Both the position numbers and the translations under genes were made by a program. From contig OZ242186.1 in NCBI GenBank assembly GCA_965205675.1, positions 320,001-384,000 of the forward strand: 64,000 bases of DNA. The letters are read 5' to 3'. Positions 1 to 9,001 of this stretch are shown piece by piece (the stretch's first letter is position 1; the number at the start of each line of letters is the position of its first letter). The DNA is from Nitrosopumilus sp. Its GTDB lineage: Archaea; Thermoproteota; Nitrososphaeria; Nitrososphaerales; Nitrosopumilaceae. The notes beneath the pieces were generated by a model that saw only the letters and a list, made by a program, of their open reading frames with translations, did no database searches and was not told the DNA's origin.

Positions 1-1
1 T

Positions 2-553
2 GGAAATCCAGATTATACCAAAGTACATGATAAAGTATTAAGAATTTGCCCTGAAGAGGGAACTGTAACATTATCGCTAACTCCGGGATTTAGTTTTGCT
101 CGTCCTGTTTTATATCTGAGTACCGAATCAAACCATCCGTTGGCATCTACACTTGAGGGAGCTACATTCACACCTGCACTTCAATCAATTACAGTAGGAC
201 GCGATGACTCTGCATTTTCAGCAGTAGAGAGAATATTTGTTATTGGGAATGGTCCTACAGGAAAAGAAAATCCACAAAGACAGGGACTTAATAGTGCAAT
301 CATTGATGGTAGATCCCCACTAAACGTACTTGGTGGAATTCCAACTATTGCAACTGACTATTCTCCACTATGGGATGTCAATCTAGGATTCTGGACACAA
401 GAGGCTAAAGACAATGGATACGATGCCAGAGTATCTGAAGAGTTTCAAATTTTAGGTCTAGTGGATCAAGGATGGATTACTGGTCCTGATGGTGCACCCT
501 TTGGGAGTACAGGAATAATTGTGAACTGTCCAATTGCATTTAGATTCTTGTAA
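2..553 (+). CDS. C-terminal part of a hypothetical protein; gene begins upstream of the window
   Basis: The frame of ORF 140..553 is open back to base 2 (GNPDYTKVHDKVLRICPEEG...). Ends ...YSPLWDVN...GIIVNCPIAFRFL. Confidence 0.75.
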   Translation, partial: GNPDYTKVHDKVLRICPEEGTVTLSLTPGFSFARPVLYLSTESNHPLASTLEGATFTPALQSITVGRDDSAFSAVERIFVIGNGPTGKENPQRQGLNSAIIDGRSPLNVLGGIPTIATDYSPLWDVNLGFWTQEAKDNGYDARVSEEFQILGLVDQGWITGPDGAPFGSTGIIVNCPIAFRFL

Positions 554-900
554 CTGTTTTTCTGTAATTAGCAAAAGGTAATACATACTCCTTTTGAACA
601 GGTTTTACAAGCATTTTTACCAACATTTCAAAGATATTTTCATCTCTGTTGTTGAATCGAAACTCTATCTCTTTGAGACACAGATGAAAATACTGTTTGG
701 GAACTTTCATCCGTAATGACACATTCAAGTCTTGGCATAAACCCCAAAATCCTTCTATTCTATTAATGTGAGCATCGCCTTTGACATACTTTTATCCATT
801 ACATGTTTAGTTTCTCTTGCATATTCCAAACATCAATATCTCACTTTGGCTTCTTACTACGTTTTCCTTGGATATTGCCAAAACTTTTAATCTGTCAATA
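545..900 (-). mobile_element. IS1595-family transposase remnant (C-terminal part, frameshifted and internally deleted)
   Basis: Minus-strand fragments ILMFGICKRN, GDAHINRIEGFWG and YFHLCLKEIEFRFNNR match IS1595/ISXO2-type motifs. Confidence 0.75.
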
Positions 901-915
901 TACGTGGTAAGATTA

Positions 916-2151
916 GTGAAAAAATCTCTTTCTATACTGTTGGTTGTTTTATTTGGTGTTGTAGCATCAGCTATCTCATTGAGCATTTTCTTTGATGAAT
1001 CCTCGCAAGAAGATCCAACTGCTCTCTTAGATGAAATGACCATCGGATTAATACTCCCACTAACAGGGGATTTGTCCACTCATGGCGAAGAAAGCAAAGT
1101 TGCAGCAAAACTAGCTGTATCTAATTTTAACAAATATTTGCAAGAAGTTGATAAACCATGGAGACTCAAAGTAATGTTAGAAGACACTGCTACCAATCCT
1201 GTCACATCACTGGATAAGCTGACTTCTCTTCATGCTCAGGGGGTTGACCTAGTGGTTGGTCCCCAGTCCTCTGCTGAGCTTCGATTAATGAAGGGGTATG
1301 CTGATTCTAACGGGATGATCCTGATTAGTCCCTCATCCACATCTCCATCACTTGCAATTTCTGATGATAATATCTTTAGACTCATTCCAGATGACACAAA
1401 GCAGGGACCTGCACTTGCAAAACTAGTTGAACATTCCTCAGTTAAAGTTCTAGTTCCAGTATGGCGTGCTGATACATGGGGTGACGGCTTGCATGATGCT
1501 ATCACTGATTCTTTTGTTAAACGTGGTGGAATCGTAGATGATGGCATTAGATATAATCCAGAGTCGCCAGAATTCTCAGCATCCACTTCTTTGCTGGCAG
1601 AAAAAGTTCAAAAATATGTTGATGAGTATGGGGAGGACAACGTAGGTGTTATAATAATTAGTTTTGCCGAGATCTTGCAGTTTATCCAGTCCGCATCCAA
1701 TCATGATGTGTTAGATGATGTAAGATGGTTTGGTTCAGATGGGAACACAAAGGAAGAAAGATTGATTGCAGATCCCATAGGATTAAAATTCGCAAATGAC
1801 GTATCATTTACAACTACTCAAGTGGCAACAAATGAGAACGAAATCCACAAGGCAGTATCTGACTATGTTTTAGAGGATCTTGGACGTACACCAAATTCTT
1901 ATGCATACTCATCATATGATGCAGTATATGTTGCAGGATTGTCTATTCTCCAGTCCCAAAACACAGGTAATACCATTAAAGATACAATTCCTAATGTTGC
2001 TGCAAACTATTCTGGTGCAATCGGATCTGCAAAACTAAATGAGGCAGGAGATCTGGATCAGGCAGACTATGATATATGGGGAATTATGGGAGAAGAATGG
2101 ATATTACTTGGGAAATATACTCAAAGCGATGATTCCATAACGCTTGGTTGA
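916..2151 (+). CDS. ABC transporter substrate-binding protein, branched-chain amino acid (LivJ/LivK-like), paralog 1
   Basis: N-terminal TM anchor, TIGLILPLTGDL, EDTATNP, VVGPQSS and FRLIPDD motifs. GTG at 916 preferred over 817, which lies in the IS remnant. Confidence 0.85.
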   Translation: MKKSLSILLVVLFGVVASAISLSIFFDESSQEDPTALLDEMTIGLILPLTGDLSTHGEESKVAAKLAVSNFNKYLQEVDKPWRLKVMLEDTATNPVTSLDKLTSLHAQGVDLVVGPQSSAELRLMKGYADSNGMILISPSSTSPSLAISDDNIFRLIPDDTKQGPALAKLVEHSSVKVLVPVWRADTWGDGLHDAITDSFVKRGGIVDDGIRYNPESPEFSASTSLLAEKVQKYVDEYGEDNVGVIIISFAEILQFIQSASNHDVLDDVRWFGSDGNTKEERLIADPIGLKFANDVSFTTTQVATNENEIHKAVSDYVLEDLGRTPNSYAYSSYDAVYVAGLSILQSQNTGNTIKDTIPNVAANYSGAIGSAKLNEAGDLDQADYDIWGIMGEEWILLGKYTQSDDSITLG

Positions 2152-2411
2152 TCTTCAGATAATTTGTCTTTATGACAAACAGGTTTTTCTGATAAAATGA
2201 TTGAGAATACAAGGAAAATACACTTGTATGATATTTTATAAATAAATTTTACAAATGTGAGATAATATTCTTGGTGTTATAAAGAATGACTGAACAATCC
2301 ATCTGAGCAGCTGAATTTGGTGTGTTGACATTGGTTCTTTGATTCGTGTGTTATATGACAATTAAAAAATCAGGCAAAGATTAAAGAATAAAAATTCTGT
2401 AATGTATCACA

Positions 2412-3239
2412 ATGGATATCTCATCGACTTCTGCATTGGTTCTCTTATGGGCAGATGGTGCAGTACACTCAAGTCATATTGCCAAAAAATTCCTCCATGC
2501 ATTAGATCTGCAATCAGGTAAAGACCTCTTGGAGAAATGCAACAGATTTTGGCCATACTATTCTATGGTAATCCAAAGCAGAAAGTCATGCATTGCTAAG
2601 CTGGCAAAAAATGCTGTTCTGCAAAATAAAATTAAACAGATAATAATTCTTGGCGCAGGATATGATGCGCTATCCCTGGAGATATGTTCATGGTCTAAAT
2701 CATGCAAAGTCTTCGAGATTGATGTTGCAAACATGGAAACAAAAAATGCCTTGATTCGTTCCGTGAATTCGTCTCTTACTGATCAAATCAAATGTATTAC
2801 ACTTGATATCAGCAAGCCAGATCAAATAACAAAAAGTCTTGACAAACACGGGTGGAACAAAGAGATGCCATCTTTGATTGTTATTGAAGGGTTATCCTAC
2901 TATACATCAAAAAGCAATCTCTATGATATTGTTGATAAATTTAAGACAACAAACCAGAGCAACCACATTATTTTAGAATATCTGTTATACAATGATTTCA
3001 TTCCAAAGAAATGGCAGGCAATATCGCAATACCCGTTTAACTTAATTGCCAAATATTGCAATCTTGACTGTATTACAAGATATCATATATGTGAGATTGC
3101 CACACGCCTAAAAGAAATGGGAGGTACAATCTCACAGCATTACACTTCAAGTGAAATGGCAAAAAATCAAACTTTGCAAAACAGTATTTTTGGGTCTGGG
3201 AATGCCGGATGGATTGAGATCTGCAAAATCATAATCTAG
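2412..3239 (+). CDS. Class I SAM-dependent methyltransferase (LCM / O-methyltransferase-like)
   Basis: QIIILGAGYDA, VFEID and LIVIEGLSYY motifs. Confidence 0.8.
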   Translation: MDISSTSALVLLWADGAVHSSHIAKKFLHALDLQSGKDLLEKCNRFWPYYSMVIQSRKSCIAKLAKNAVLQNKIKQIIILGAGYDALSLEICSWSKSCKVFEIDVANMETKNALIRSVNSSLTDQIKCITLDISKPDQITKSLDKHGWNKEMPSLIVIEGLSYYTSKSNLYDIVDKFKTTNQSNHIILEYLLYNDFIPKKWQAISQYPFNLIAKYCNLDCITRYHICEIATRLKEMGGTISQHYTSSEMAKNQTLQNSIFGSGNAGWIEICKIII

Positions 3240-3381
3240 CATTTCACAGATAATCTGTATGGCATGGATTTTTTGCATTAAATTTACCTTTTAATTGTAT
3301 TACTTTGTCTACAAATTCTATTATTAGATCAAAATGATTGTCAATTATTCACCACCAAGACATAATCAAGCAATAATGAGA

Positions 3382-3522
3382 AGACCTCTTGCGTAATTAT
3401 AGAGATTTTTTCTCAAATTTTGTATTTTAACAGAATTCATACCTGAAAATTCAAATTTCTCAACCAATTTGAAAAATCCTGTAGCAAAATTCACGCCTAG
3501 AAATAATTACGCAAGACGTCTA
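3382..3522. mobile_element. MITE family A, copy 1 (~140 bp)
   Basis: Terminal inverted repeats AGACCTCTTGCGTAATTAT ... ATAATTACGCAAGACGTCTA. Near-identical to 23992..24133. Confidence 0.85.
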
Positions 3523-3892
3523 CTGCATCAATTTAGCAACAAGAAAAATCTGAGACTAATTACTCCAATAAAACAACCCGCATACGCCACCAGAGAGAAT
3601 AAAACTCGTAGAGTTTTACAATTCTGTAATTGGTCAAGAGCTGTATGCATATAGAAAAGTCTCAATTGAACCTCTATTTGAGTATCTCAAAGATATTTTT
3701 GACATCAGAGTATTGTCTGTAAAGGGATTGCACAATGTCAAATCATTTGTGTTGGTTTGTGTTCTTGTGTATCAGTTGACAGTTTACTACAACTGTGCAA
3801 TTGGTGCAGAAAATCCAAGAATTGTAAAGAGAATGCTTTGCTGTTAGGAAATCACTGAGAATTATTTTTGTAAATAGTTATGTCCAAGTCTC
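3523..3892 (+). mobile_element. 3' fragment of the multi-copy DDE IS (same family as 36621..37751)
   Basis: Encodes LHQFSNKKNLRLITPIKQ...RKVSIEPLFEYLKDIFDIR...KRMLCC across a frameshift and a stop. Ends in TIR TTATGTCCAAGTCTC. Confidence 0.85.
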
Positions 3893-3917
3893 AATAAATT
3901 GTGTTTTTTTGAAACTC

Positions 3918-4045
3918 TTTACACAAGAATTCTAGTGTTATTGATTTGTTACAGATTATTTTAGATAACTCAATTAGATTGATTATTTTTCTCAATAATT
4001 ATCTAAAATTAGTTGGTGGTAGTAGGTTTACAATTACTGATCAAA
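3918..4045 (-). mobile_element. Left-end fragment of an IS1595-like element
   Basis: Nucleotide similarity to about 43715..43841, the start of the zinc-ribbon transposase remnant there. Confidence 0.55.
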
Positions 4046-4065
4046 AGACGATCTTGTAAACCTAT

Positions 4066-4303
4066 CATAACCTAGTGGGATTCACAGAAAGGAAATGAAG
4101 AGAAACTTTCCAGTTGAATTGTATTACCATCGAAATAAATTTGAAACAATATTTTTTGTAACAAAGCAGATAATGTCAGGAGATATTTCATCAAGAAATA
4201 AAACTACACAAGACAATGAAATGTTGTTGAGATTAATTGCATGCACTGCTTCTAGAATTAGAAAATTAGAATGTGTTTTTTTGATATGGTTTTTACAAAG
4301 TCC
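4066..4303 (+). mobile_element. IS5-family transposase C-terminal remnant with probable right end
   Basis: YYHRNKFETIFFVTKQ...SRNKTTQDNEMLLRLIA resembles the IS5 Y-x2-R-x3-E-x6-K signature. Followed by GGTTTTTACAAAGTCC. Confidence 0.65.
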
Positions 4304-4375
4304 GCCAGAAATTCTTTGAGCATATGTTTTGGTATTTCGATATTGATATTTATCACCATGTCGGACATATTGTGA

Positions 4376-4591
4376 TTAGATTCTCTTTACAATTTGAATT
4401 GTTTGCAACTGTCTTCTGTTTTTGGTGTTACGTGGTCTAGTTCTTAGTACAAAATTACAACAAGGACAATGCTTGCCATCCCACCAAATAAAAATATCAC
4501 ATACTGAACACATCTTTTGTCCCTGTATGTATCGATTAATTCCATGAACTCTTTTTGCTTTATGTTGAGTACAGGTTCCTTTGCATACCAT
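4376..4591 (-). CDS. Small Cys-rich (zinc-binding) protein of a type common in Nitrososphaerota
   Basis: MVCKGTC...CSVC...CPCC...LRTRPRN. Confidence 0.75.
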   Translation of the reverse strand: MVCKGTCTQHKAKRVHGINRYIQGQKMCSVCDIFIWWDGKHCPCCNFVLRTRPRNTKNRRQLQTIQIVKRI

Positions 4592-4832
4592 AATGGAATT
4601 ATACTAAAAAATACGATTTATGAATCTTAGAAAATTATTCTATTTGATCAGAATAACCCAAAACCCCTCTTGGCGTAATGATGATCAACAAATCAAATGT
4701 AACGCTAGATTTCAAAATGATATCAAAATGACAAGACACGCTTGTAGCAGTTGATGTGTTCACCCGCGATCTCTGTGAACGCTCTTTTTGATAGTTTGAG
4801 GGTTTGATTGATTGATGATTAAATAATTAGGA

Positions 4833-4916
4833 AACAAAGTTTCTTTACTCTATTAAGGGACGAATTGATTTTGGGATATACAACAACAAAGTTTCTTTAC
4901 CGAAAATTATTTATAT
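4833..4916 (+). promoter_or_regulatory. Duplicated 16-bp site followed by a BRE/TATA-like promoter of the 4941 gene
   Basis: AACAAAGTTTCTTTAC at 4833 and 4885, then CGAAAA and TTTATAT about 30 bp before the TTG start. Confidence 0.5.
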
Positions 4917-4940
4917 TCAAACGGGTTTGGGTTTGTAGCA

Positions 4941-7136
4941 TTGAAACCTCAAATTGTACTGTCCTCCGTTTTACTCTTTTCTGTACTTGCACTTGCCATT
5001 CCCAGTCATGATGTATATGGGCAGGTAACATCTATTGATTTGGCTATTCTCAATGTATTTTATGATCCTGGTTCAAAGGACTTGATAATAGTTTTTAATG
5101 AGGGAATTGACCCTGCCAGTGTAGTTCTCAACGGATTCTTCTTCCCGGCATCTGCACTTCCAGAGGGTGGTAACACAGGCGTGAGTAATCTAAGGAACTC
5201 GTCTCATGATACTAGTGGTAATACGATTACCGTATCCCTCACATCTGAGTTATCTAATAGATTAGATAGGGCCATCAGCGATTCACGTATCACTACACCC
5301 CTGTTACGTAATAATGCTGACGCCGCATGTGCTACTGCTGAACGGGGAGGGGAATGCCTTCCAGTTAGTGGGTTTACTGGTGTTCCATTGACTGTTTTAC
5401 AGCCAAATACTGTACCTCCACCTGTCATAGATTCTTATATTGATTTAGACCGAACAGATCGTATTCTGACTGTTTCAGGTAATGGACTAACAGGCCATTC
5501 CATTGAGCTGTTTGACCGTGGCACGTCTGTTGGTGATACCACCGTAGACGGTAATGGCTTTTGGGAGATATCTGTGCCAATAGGAACCTCACCTATTTTT
5601 GTTACTCACACATTTACTGCAACTGCCACCAATTCAGGTGTTACATCTGCACTCTCTAATCAAGCAAGTATAGGCGTAGATGGTTTGCAGTTATCTGCTA
5701 CTAGTGTATTATACAATCATATTGTTGATGATGATGGTGAAGATCTTAGCGGGGAACTGATAGTTACTTTTAATGATGATATTGTCCCTGATACTGTAAA
5801 TCTCTCCAACTTCCAGATAATTGATTTTCTAAGAACCACAGCCCCGTTCGAGTTGCGTCTAATAGGAACAGATGATACCCCGCCATTTGCATCTACTTTT
5901 GTTGTTGATGGTAATACAATTACCATAACCCTCGTAGACAGAACTCTGTGGAGTAGAATAAATGTTTCTTTCACGGGAAATGATATTAGTAATAATGAAC
6001 CATACGACCCACCTATGTTAAGACTTCATGCTGGTGCCGTAGGGTCTGCGTTAAGTTCTTCCAACTTGGAAGGTGATCTTACAATTACTATTCCTCCTGA
6101 TACAGAACAACCTCCTAGAGGAAGCTCCAGCAATGACTGGCAAAAGAAACCTACCTTTGGAAAGTCATGGGGCTCATCTAGTGTACAGCAAGTACAGGAT
6201 GGTTTTACATTCAATGGATATATTCTAGATATAACTGACAACTGGCATACGGACTTTGTACTAACTGAATCAATAATTGGCGATACCAACCATGTTGATA
6301 TCAAGGTGTACACAAACGAGATACTGCAATATGTGGCTTTATCTTTGGGAGTGCCACAAGTTGGTGATGCCACCAATGCCGAAACTGACATTATTGTAAA
6401 TCTGCAAAGAGATTACAACGTGGAGCAGAATAGTGACAGTGATTATACAATTACTGAGATACTCCATGAACAGACAGAGCCTCTAGTCGATGAGGATCTC
6501 ACCCAAGCTACAATATCCCAGGTAAAATGTACTGATTCATCTGCTGATGAGCGTTGTTATACCATCGGAATAGACTTTACAATATCTGCCCCTCTAAGTT
6601 CAAATGTTCTTGCAATCTCTGCTGTTGATAATGAGAGACGCAGTACCATCACATACATCAACGACGGTGTTGCCTTTACTGGAGATTCCTTGCTAGAGCC
6701 TGTCCGACACGAGTTGTTTGTAAAAGAGTCATCTCAGAAAAAGGGCACAATGTTGGAACTAGTCCAGCTGGATAGAAGATATGCCTTATACGAGGACCAG
6801 TTTGGAAATCAATGGACTCATAATAGTTTTATGACCTGGAATAAGATAACGCCAGAGGACTTTGAGCGATTCGAGGATGCTCCTACATCACACATGACCC
6901 GAATGCATTCTGCATGGAATGGCATTGTAGAGTATGAGACAAATCGAGCTGCTGACATATTTGATAGCAGTGAGATTCAGGGCACACTTGATGATCCATA
7001 CACTATTGCTGACTATACAATAACACGTGATGACCGCATAGGTGAGGATACATTAACATCCCTTAAACACTCTGAAATCAAAGCCTTGGAGCTCTTGTCC
7101 TCAGACGTACAGTATTATCACTCTGCTAAACCCTAA
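4941..7136 (+). CDS. Large secreted/cell-surface protein with Ig-like modules
   Basis: Signal peptide, bacterial Ig-like module (VDGNGFWEI...HTFTATAT), two related beta-rich repeats and a distinct acidic C-terminal domain after a P/S linker. Confidence 0.8.
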   Translation: MKPQIVLSSVLLFSVLALAIPSHDVYGQVTSIDLAILNVFYDPGSKDLIIVFNEGIDPASVVLNGFFFPASALPEGGNTGVSNLRNSSHDTSGNTITVSLTSELSNRLDRAISDSRITTPLLRNNADAACATAERGGECLPVSGFTGVPLTVLQPNTVPPPVIDSYIDLDRTDRILTVSGNGLTGHSIELFDRGTSVGDTTVDGNGFWEISVPIGTSPIFVTHTFTATATNSGVTSALSNQASIGVDGLQLSATSVLYNHIVDDDGEDLSGELIVTFNDDIVPDTVNLSNFQIIDFLRTTAPFELRLIGTDDTPPFASTFVVDGNTITITLVDRTLWSRINVSFTGNDISNNEPYDPPMLRLHAGAVGSALSSSNLEGDLTITIPPDTEQPPRGSSSNDWQKKPTFGKSWGSSSVQQVQDGFTFNGYILDITDNWHTDFVLTESIIGDTNHVDIKVYTNEILQYVALSLGVPQVGDATNAETDIIVNLQRDYNVEQNSDSDYTITEILHEQTEPLVDEDLTQATISQVKCTDSSADERCYTIGIDFTISAPLSSNVLAISAVDNERRSTITYINDGVAFTGDSLLEPVRHELFVKESSQKKGTMLELVQLDRRYALYEDQFGNQWTHNSFMTWNKITPEDFERFEDAPTSHMTRMHSAWNGIVEYETNRAADIFDSSEIQGTLDDPYTIADYTITRDDRIGEDTLTSLKHSEIKALELLSSDVQYYHSAKP

Positions 7137-7368
7137 TAATCTTATTTCGTGTTAAAATCCTCATTCTCAGAAAATGTTTTTTTTCTTATACAACCGTGAT
7201 TCCTGAAAGATAATTTTTCAAATTAATTTAAGGATTTGAATTTTTAGGCATGGTTTTTGCTAAAACGTAGAATTCTATAAATCCCTCCAATTACACAATA
7301 GGTCTTATGATTATCTCTCTCTTTGATAATTCAAAGATTTAATTATCACACGTTTTTATAAAATTTCG

Positions 7369-8649
7369 ATGAATTCTAAAAAGATAGGAATCAGTATTGC
7401 AGCAATTATTTTAATTATTACCAGTATCACTTATCTGGTATCATCAAGTTCAGATGTGGAGACGGATGTTCTTCCAGCAGATGTCATAAACGCGCCAGAT
7501 AAAGAAACATCATCAGAGTTAACAGGCAAAGTCACCATCGGATTAATTCTTCCGTTGACTGGAGACCTGGCAACCCATGGAACAGAAAACCATGAGGGCT
7601 CAAAATTTGGAGTATCAGAGTTTAACAAGCATCTGCAAGATATTGATGCCCCATGGCATCTGAAAATGGTCTCAGAGGACTCTGCAACCAATCCTGTAAT
7701 TGCACTGGAGAAACTAACTGCACTGCATGCAAAGGGAATCGAGATTATAGTGGGGCCTGAAACCAGCTCCAACATCCGAAACATGAAAGGCTATTCGGAT
7801 TCCAATAACATGTTGTTGGTCAGCTGTTGCTCGTCTGCTCCTTCACTGGCCATTCCAAATGACAGTGTATTTCGTCTAAATCCTGATGACTCTAATCAAG
7901 GGCCTGCAATTGCCAAACTAATGCAGCATGAGGGAATCAAGGTAATGGTTCCCGTATGGAGGGGAGACACGTGGGGTGATGGTCTGGGAGAGGCTGCATC
8001 AAACTCATTTGTACAAAGAGGAGGAATAGTAAGTGAGAATATTCGCTACAATCCCGAATCCCCAGAGTTTTCTGCATCCACTTCGCTGCTGGCACAAAAA
8101 GTACAAAAATACGCAGATGAGCATGGGGCAGAGAATGTAGGCGTCATGTTTTTGGGATTTGCTGAAGTGTTACAGTTCATGCAGTCTGCATCAGGACATG
8201 AGATACTAGAGAAGGTAAGATGGTTCGGACCAGGTGCAATTACAAAGGAGCATAATTTGATAGATGATCCAATAGGACTGGAATTCTCAACTAGTGTGCA
8301 ATTTACAACAGTACAGTTTGCACCTGCTGAAAATCCAACATATGAGAAGGTACAAACACATCTAACTGAGACTCTGGGTACCAATCCCAACACGTTTGTG
8401 CATTCCTCATATGATGCCGTATGGCTAATTGGGCTGGCAATGCTTGAAACTCAGAGCACAGATGTCAGTGCAATAAAAGATGCGATTCCGGGAATTGCTG
8501 AGAATTACATAGGGGCAATCGGATCTGCAAAACTAAACGAGGCAGGAGATCTGGCCCAGGCAGATTACAAAGTATGGGGAATCCGCGGGGGAGAATGGAT
8601 TGAACTGGGAAAATATACAATGATTGATGATGCTATTGCGTTTAACTGA
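7369..8649 (+). CDS. ABC transporter substrate-binding protein, branched-chain amino acid (LivJ/LivK-like), paralog 2
   Basis: Same motifs as 916..2151, with identical stretches such as IRYNPESPEFSASTSLLA and GAIGSAKLNEAGDL. Confidence 0.87.
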   Translation: MNSKKIGISIAAIILIITSITYLVSSSSDVETDVLPADVINAPDKETSSELTGKVTIGLILPLTGDLATHGTENHEGSKFGVSEFNKHLQDIDAPWHLKMVSEDSATNPVIALEKLTALHAKGIEIIVGPETSSNIRNMKGYSDSNNMLLVSCCSSAPSLAIPNDSVFRLNPDDSNQGPAIAKLMQHEGIKVMVPVWRGDTWGDGLGEAASNSFVQRGGIVSENIRYNPESPEFSASTSLLAQKVQKYADEHGAENVGVMFLGFAEVLQFMQSASGHEILEKVRWFGPGAITKEHNLIDDPIGLEFSTSVQFTTVQFAPAENPTYEKVQTHLTETLGTNPNTFVHSSYDAVWLIGLAMLETQSTDVSAIKDAIPGIAENYIGAIGSAKLNEAGDLAQADYKVWGIRGGEWIELGKYTMIDDAIAFN

Positions 8650-8669
8650 TTCCTAAATATATAATCTCT

Positions 8670-8880
8670 GGGGAATAAATAGCATATACAAATATTACAG
8701 AACAAAAAGAATCCATTTGAACATTCTAAAGTATATGTAACAATAAGATGGTTGTTGAATTTGTATTAGAAAGTATATGCAATGTTTACAATGATCAACG
8801 ATGTAGTGTCAAAATATTTCAGAATAACAAAGTTCAAACTTGATGTCACAAATTATATTTTTAGAATTGAAAAGTTGGAA
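8670..8880 (+). mobile_element. Two tandem IS630-like transposase C-terminal remnants
   Basis: 8670..8780 aligns by eye with the reverse complement of 63855..63960. It is followed by a second related tail, VSKYFRITKFKLDVTNYIFR. Confidence 0.6.
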
Positions 8881-9001
8881 TTATCAAACTGTTTGAGATC
8901 TCTTTTGCAAAAGATAGCAAATCCGATTGTCTGTTGTTGCTAATCGTGTAATGATTCTCTAGGGGTGATATTCACCCAATCATCTAAAATTATTTTAAAA
9001 A

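Noticed and set aside
817-915. Upstream extension of the first binding-protein ORF
   Set aside because: It overlaps the antisense IS1595 remnant. The signal/TM segment begins at GTG 916.
2160-2400. Possible further transposase remnant (VILYN on the minus strand)
   Set aside because: A single short motif with no termini or second copy.
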